In this document: positions 20,036-23,781 of the stretch, piece by piece
Numbering within the stretch: the stretch's first letter is position 1
Layout of the letters: every line of letters begins with the position of its first letter
Source of the DNA: Octopus sinensis
Lineage: Eukaryota
Length of the DNA stretch: 23,781 bases
Assembly: GCF_006345805.1 (NCBI RefSeq)
Contig: NW_021836539.1
Coordinates: 1-23,781 of the forward strand
Reading direction: 5' to 3'
Made by a program: the position numbers and the translations under genes
The notes under the pieces: generated by a model
Told to the model about the DNA's origin: nothing
What the model saw: only the letters and a program-made list of their open reading frames with translations
Database searches by the model: none

Positions 20036-20227
20036 TTCATTATACTCAGGGCACAATGCCTCAAATTTGGAAGGAGAGGTACAGTCGATCACATCGACCC
20101 AGTCCTCAAATGGTACTTATTTTATCGATCTCGAAAGGATGAAAGGCAAAGTCGACCTTGGTGGAATTTGAACTCAGAACTTAGCAACGGGTGGAATACC
20201 AGTATTCATTTTGTCCAGCTCGCCGCC
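20036..20227 (-). mobile_element. SINE type B, second tandem copy
   Basis: TTTATCGATCTCGAAAGGATGAAAGGCAAAGTCGACC...CCAGCTCGCCGCC. Confidence 0.85.
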
Positions 20228-20419
20228 ATAACACTAATAATAGAAAAATAATGATGATGCTGATGCTGGTGATGCTTTACATTAAACCTATCGGGTGTTA
20301 AGGGTGGAGGCTCTGTTGTGATGGTTCTGCTAGGGGTGGTGATGACGTTAGTACTGGTAATTTAAGCAATAGATGTAATGAGTAAAAGCTAACAGAGCCA
20401 CAATGAATATCAAATAATA

Positions 20420-20452
20420 CATATATGTATATGTGAATGTGTATGTCTGTCT

Positions 20453-20507
<55 letters not shown>

Positions 20508-20608
20508 ATGTTAATATATATATATGCTTTATATATATATGTATGTATATATATATATGCGTTAGTATATATGTATGTATATAATATATATATATATATA
20601 TATATACA

Positions 20609-20690
<82 letters not shown>
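20420..20690. repeat. (TA)/(TACA)n microsatellite
   Basis: Direct reading. Confidence 0.95.
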
Positions 20691-20691
<1 letters not shown>

Positions 20692-21219
20692 TACACATCA
20701 AGCATTTTCTGGGGCGTTACTTTTACTCCATATAGTCATTTATTTAAGCAGAGTTTATTTCCTTGAAACACCACCACACCTACAATGCCTAATCACCGAT
20801 GGCGGCATGATGGGGGTCGGTTTGATAATCTTTAACACTTTTTTTATCAGCCCTTCATTTTTTTTTTTTTTTTTTTGTTTTACAGAATTCTGAGCCGGCA
20901 ACCCACAAACTGGCGAGCTGACAAGTCGACACAAGATGTAAATCTATAGATATTATACTTTGCTTTGTATCTACCTGAGTCCAACTTCTCACGAGGTTTA
21001 CGTTACACACAATTAATCAAACATGAAAAAGGCATTAAAAATTTAAATAGATGAGTAAAGAAAAGCATAAAAATGAATCATTTAAATATAAAGTAAAAAA
21101 AATATAAGAATGAAGTTTGACTTTCTTATTATTTTACATCAAATTATTCAACTCGTTAATATAATGTTAAGTCCTTATTTGTTTAATAATACTGCTAAGA
21201 AACGAAACACAGAAATAAG

Positions 21220-21222
21220 AAC

Positions 21223-21276
<54 letters not shown>

Positions 21277-21380
21277 ATGCACATATAAATATACATACAT
21301 ACGCACATGCAAAAACACACACACACCCACTCACACACACAAACACACACACACAAACACACACACACATGTATACATAC
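21220..21380. repeat. (TA)n(CA)n microsatellite
   Basis: Direct reading. Confidence 0.9.
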
Positions 21381-21523
21381 ATCGATGCTTATATTCGTCA
21401 TATACGTATAGAGTTTCTGTCATGGTAACTACCGCAGTAAAGTTTGTTGTAATAGAACATCCACGTTTAAGTGGGGATGGATATGACCTCTAGGTATTAA
21501 TACTGTCTCCGTCACTAATATGT

Positions 21524-21683
21524 CAGTGGCTGTGTGATAAGTAGCTTGCTTACCAACCACATGGTTCCAGGTTCAGTTCCACTGCGTGGCACCTTGGGCA
21601 AGTGTCTTCTACTATAGCCTCGGACCGACCAAAGCCTTGTAAGTGGATTCGGTAAGCGGAAGCTGAAAAGAAGCCCGTCGTAT

Positions 21684-21750
<67 letters not shown>

Positions 21751-21955
21751 TTGTTTGTTTGTTTGCCCCCGCAACATCGCTTGACAACCGATGCTGGTGT
21801 GTTTACGTCACTGTAACTTAGAGGTTCGGCAAAACAGACCAATAGAATAAGTACTTGGCTTACTAGAATAAGTTCTGGGATCGGTTTACTCGACTAAAGG
21901 CAGTGCTCCAGCATCGCCGCAGACAAATGACTGAAAACAAATACAAGAATAAAAG
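21524..21955 (+). mobile_element. SINE type A, full length with internal (TA)n(TG)n
   Basis: GTGGCTGTGTGATAAGTAGCTTGCTTACCAACCACATGGTTCCAGGTTCAGTTCC head; body shared with 30-237 and 8375-8757. Confidence 0.9.
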
Positions 21956-22051
21956 GCTATACACATTCTTACAAACATGCATACAGATAGCCATGTTTAT
22001 CTATAGCCCAGAAGTGGTTTCCGTTTACATAGCATTGGGCTTTTTACTGAT

Positions 22052-22256
22052 ATTGGTTTCAAATTTTGGCACAAGACCAAGTATGGGGGAGTGTGTAAGA
22101 CGATTATATGGACCCCAATACTCAGCTGGTGCTTATTTTATCAACCCGATACAATGAAAGGCGAAGTCGACCTCTGCAGCATTTGAAGTCAGAACGGACG
22201 AAATGCCGCTAAGCATTTTGGCCGATGTACGTAAGAGTCTGCAAGCTCGCCCACTT
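22052..22256 (-). mobile_element. SINE type B
   Basis: GAAAGGCGAAGTCGACCTC...GACGAAATGCCGCTAAGCATTTT...AGCTCGCC. Confidence 0.8.
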
Positions 22257-22269
22257 GCACTTTACTAAT

Positions 22270-22540
22270 ATCAAATAGAGAACTGTCTTCCCCGGTTGTT
22301 AGGGTCTCGGGCAAAATAATGCATTGAGTCTAACGTATTTATTTACTTAAAGTACGTTCTAGCATTGATCCCTTGACCTATGACGTGTCCGAGTTTCTGC
22401 CCTCTCTGACAAGGATTTCCAGCAACACTTATCTAATATACAATTTTCCAATCCCTGTAACTCAAAAGTGATCAAAGCATTGCCAGCAACCCTCCTAAGT
22501 GCCGACACATCTATGAGGTAACGTAACTTCAATCACATCT
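22270..22540 (-). mobile_element. Highly degraded CR1/L2-like LINE ORF2 3' end
   Basis: Minus strand LRRVAGNALITFELQG ... TRHR ... VRLNxxFAR loosely follows the CR1 terminal pattern RRLRGDLI..FK / TRGH..KL / R..FF..R. Confidence 0.35.
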
Positions 22541-22810
22541 ATACCGTGGAACAATTACAGCAACAAGAGGCTTTTTTTTCAACCAGGACTCACTATAATG
22601 GCACAGATTAATTACTATACCTTCCAACTAATTCTTCAAAAATGTAGGTAACGCTATGAACTTAAATTCATGTAGGTGCGTACAGTTAAAAGAGAAACAT
22701 GTCCCATTGCAGTCTTAATAGCACGTACACGAAATAGTACATAAACATGTACAGACAATTAATTATATGTGTGACTTTTGTGCGATAAAGAAGATCACTA
22801 TGCATTCATG

Positions 22811-22973
22811 TGGCTTTGATACCTTGGTAAGTGTCTTCTGCAACTGCCTCGTGCTGACCAATGGTGTGTAAGTGAATTTGGTAGACCGAAATTTTCAAGA
22901 AGTCCATCGTATATATATATATATATATACATAGATATAAATATGTCTGTGTGAGTGTGTGTGTGTGTGTGAG

Positions 22974-23032
<59 letters not shown>

Positions 23033-23187
23033 CCGCCTACCATCGGTTCACAACTGATGTTGGTATGTTTACGTTTCCGTAACCTAGACGTTTGGCAAAA
23101 TGTGAACGATAGAATGTAACAAAATCATGACTGGGATCAATTTGTTCAACTAAACGCTTCATTCCAATGACTGAAAGAAGTAAACGA
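22811..23187 (+). mobile_element. SINE type A, old and degenerate
   Basis: CCTTGGTAAGTGTCTTCT...GAATTTGGTAGACCGAAA...(TA)(TG)n...GATGTTGGTATGTTTACG...GACTGAAAGAAGTAAA. Confidence 0.7.
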
Positions 23188-23415
23188 AGGATATACGAGT
23201 TCTGATCCAATAAGTATCCAGACAGTTGCCATATTAACGAACCTAAAGCATGTAAAGTAAAGCCGCTTGTCATAGATTGACCTTGAACTCTGCTGTGCAT
23301 GTGCACTAAGACTTAACATTCTGGCTCACTTCTGTTTACAGCAGTGCTTGGAAGGTGTATAGGTGGTGATTGTCGCATTGACCATGACAAAGAGAGTTGT
23401 GATGGCGATACCAGC

Positions 23416-23781
23416 TCAGAGGCTTACGTAAAGTTGCAGAAACTGTATGGAGAGGAGTGTATGAGTCGCACAGAAGTGTACCAGTGGTTCAAATGTTTCC
23501 AAGATGGCTGAAAAATGACGATATCGACGAACGTTCTGGGAATCCCCAGCAGAAGTGGGAAAAACATCGCAGATGTGTGTGCAGCCGTGAGGGGAAATCG
23601 TCAAATCACCATCCGTGAGTTATCAGAGGATGTGCAGATTAGTCATGGTTCAGTTGAGTCGATTATGACTGAAGATTTGGATATGAGATGCGTGTCTGCC
23701 GAATTTGTGCCAAAAGTGCTTTCAGCTGGCCAAAAAGACACTTGGGTTTCAGTTGCCCAAGATTTCCTTGCTTGTGTCGAC
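23416..23781 (+). pseudogene. Inactivated mariner transposase N-terminus (irritans/Hsmar2-like), runs off the window
   Basis: SEAYVKLQKLYGEECMSRTEVYQWFKCFQDG* then after frameshifts DERSG ... NRQITIRELSEDVQISHGSVESIMTEDLDMRCVSAEFVPKVLS (FVP variant of the WVPxxL linker). Confidence 0.88.

Overview
Repeat-saturated eukaryotic non-coding DNA (intron or intergenic). The SINE families and extreme (TA)/(CA)/(TAA) microsatellite density look like an Octopus (coleoid cephalopod) genome; this is an inference from pattern recognition, not a database match. No host protein-coding exon is recognisable, and nearly all long ORFs in the track are microsatellite artefacts. Content: at least 15 copies or fragments of three tRNA-headed SINE types, two dead mariner transposases (3663-4662 minus; 23416-end plus), 3' fragments of R4/Dong-like RLE LINEs stacked in (TAA)n tracts, and RTE, L1/Tx1 and CR1-like LINE remnants. 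Structure not explained by these: (1) a minimal type I hammerhead-ribozyme fold with a one-base core lesion at 15618-15652, inside a ~200 bp TA-flanked element; (2) two independent ~240-250 bp, ~98% identical inverted duplications whose arms lie 1.1-1.4 kb apart, one clearly inserted into a SINE; (3) a 154-bp-arm foldback and a perfect 35-bp hairpin next to them; (4) a head-to-tail SINE-derived array.
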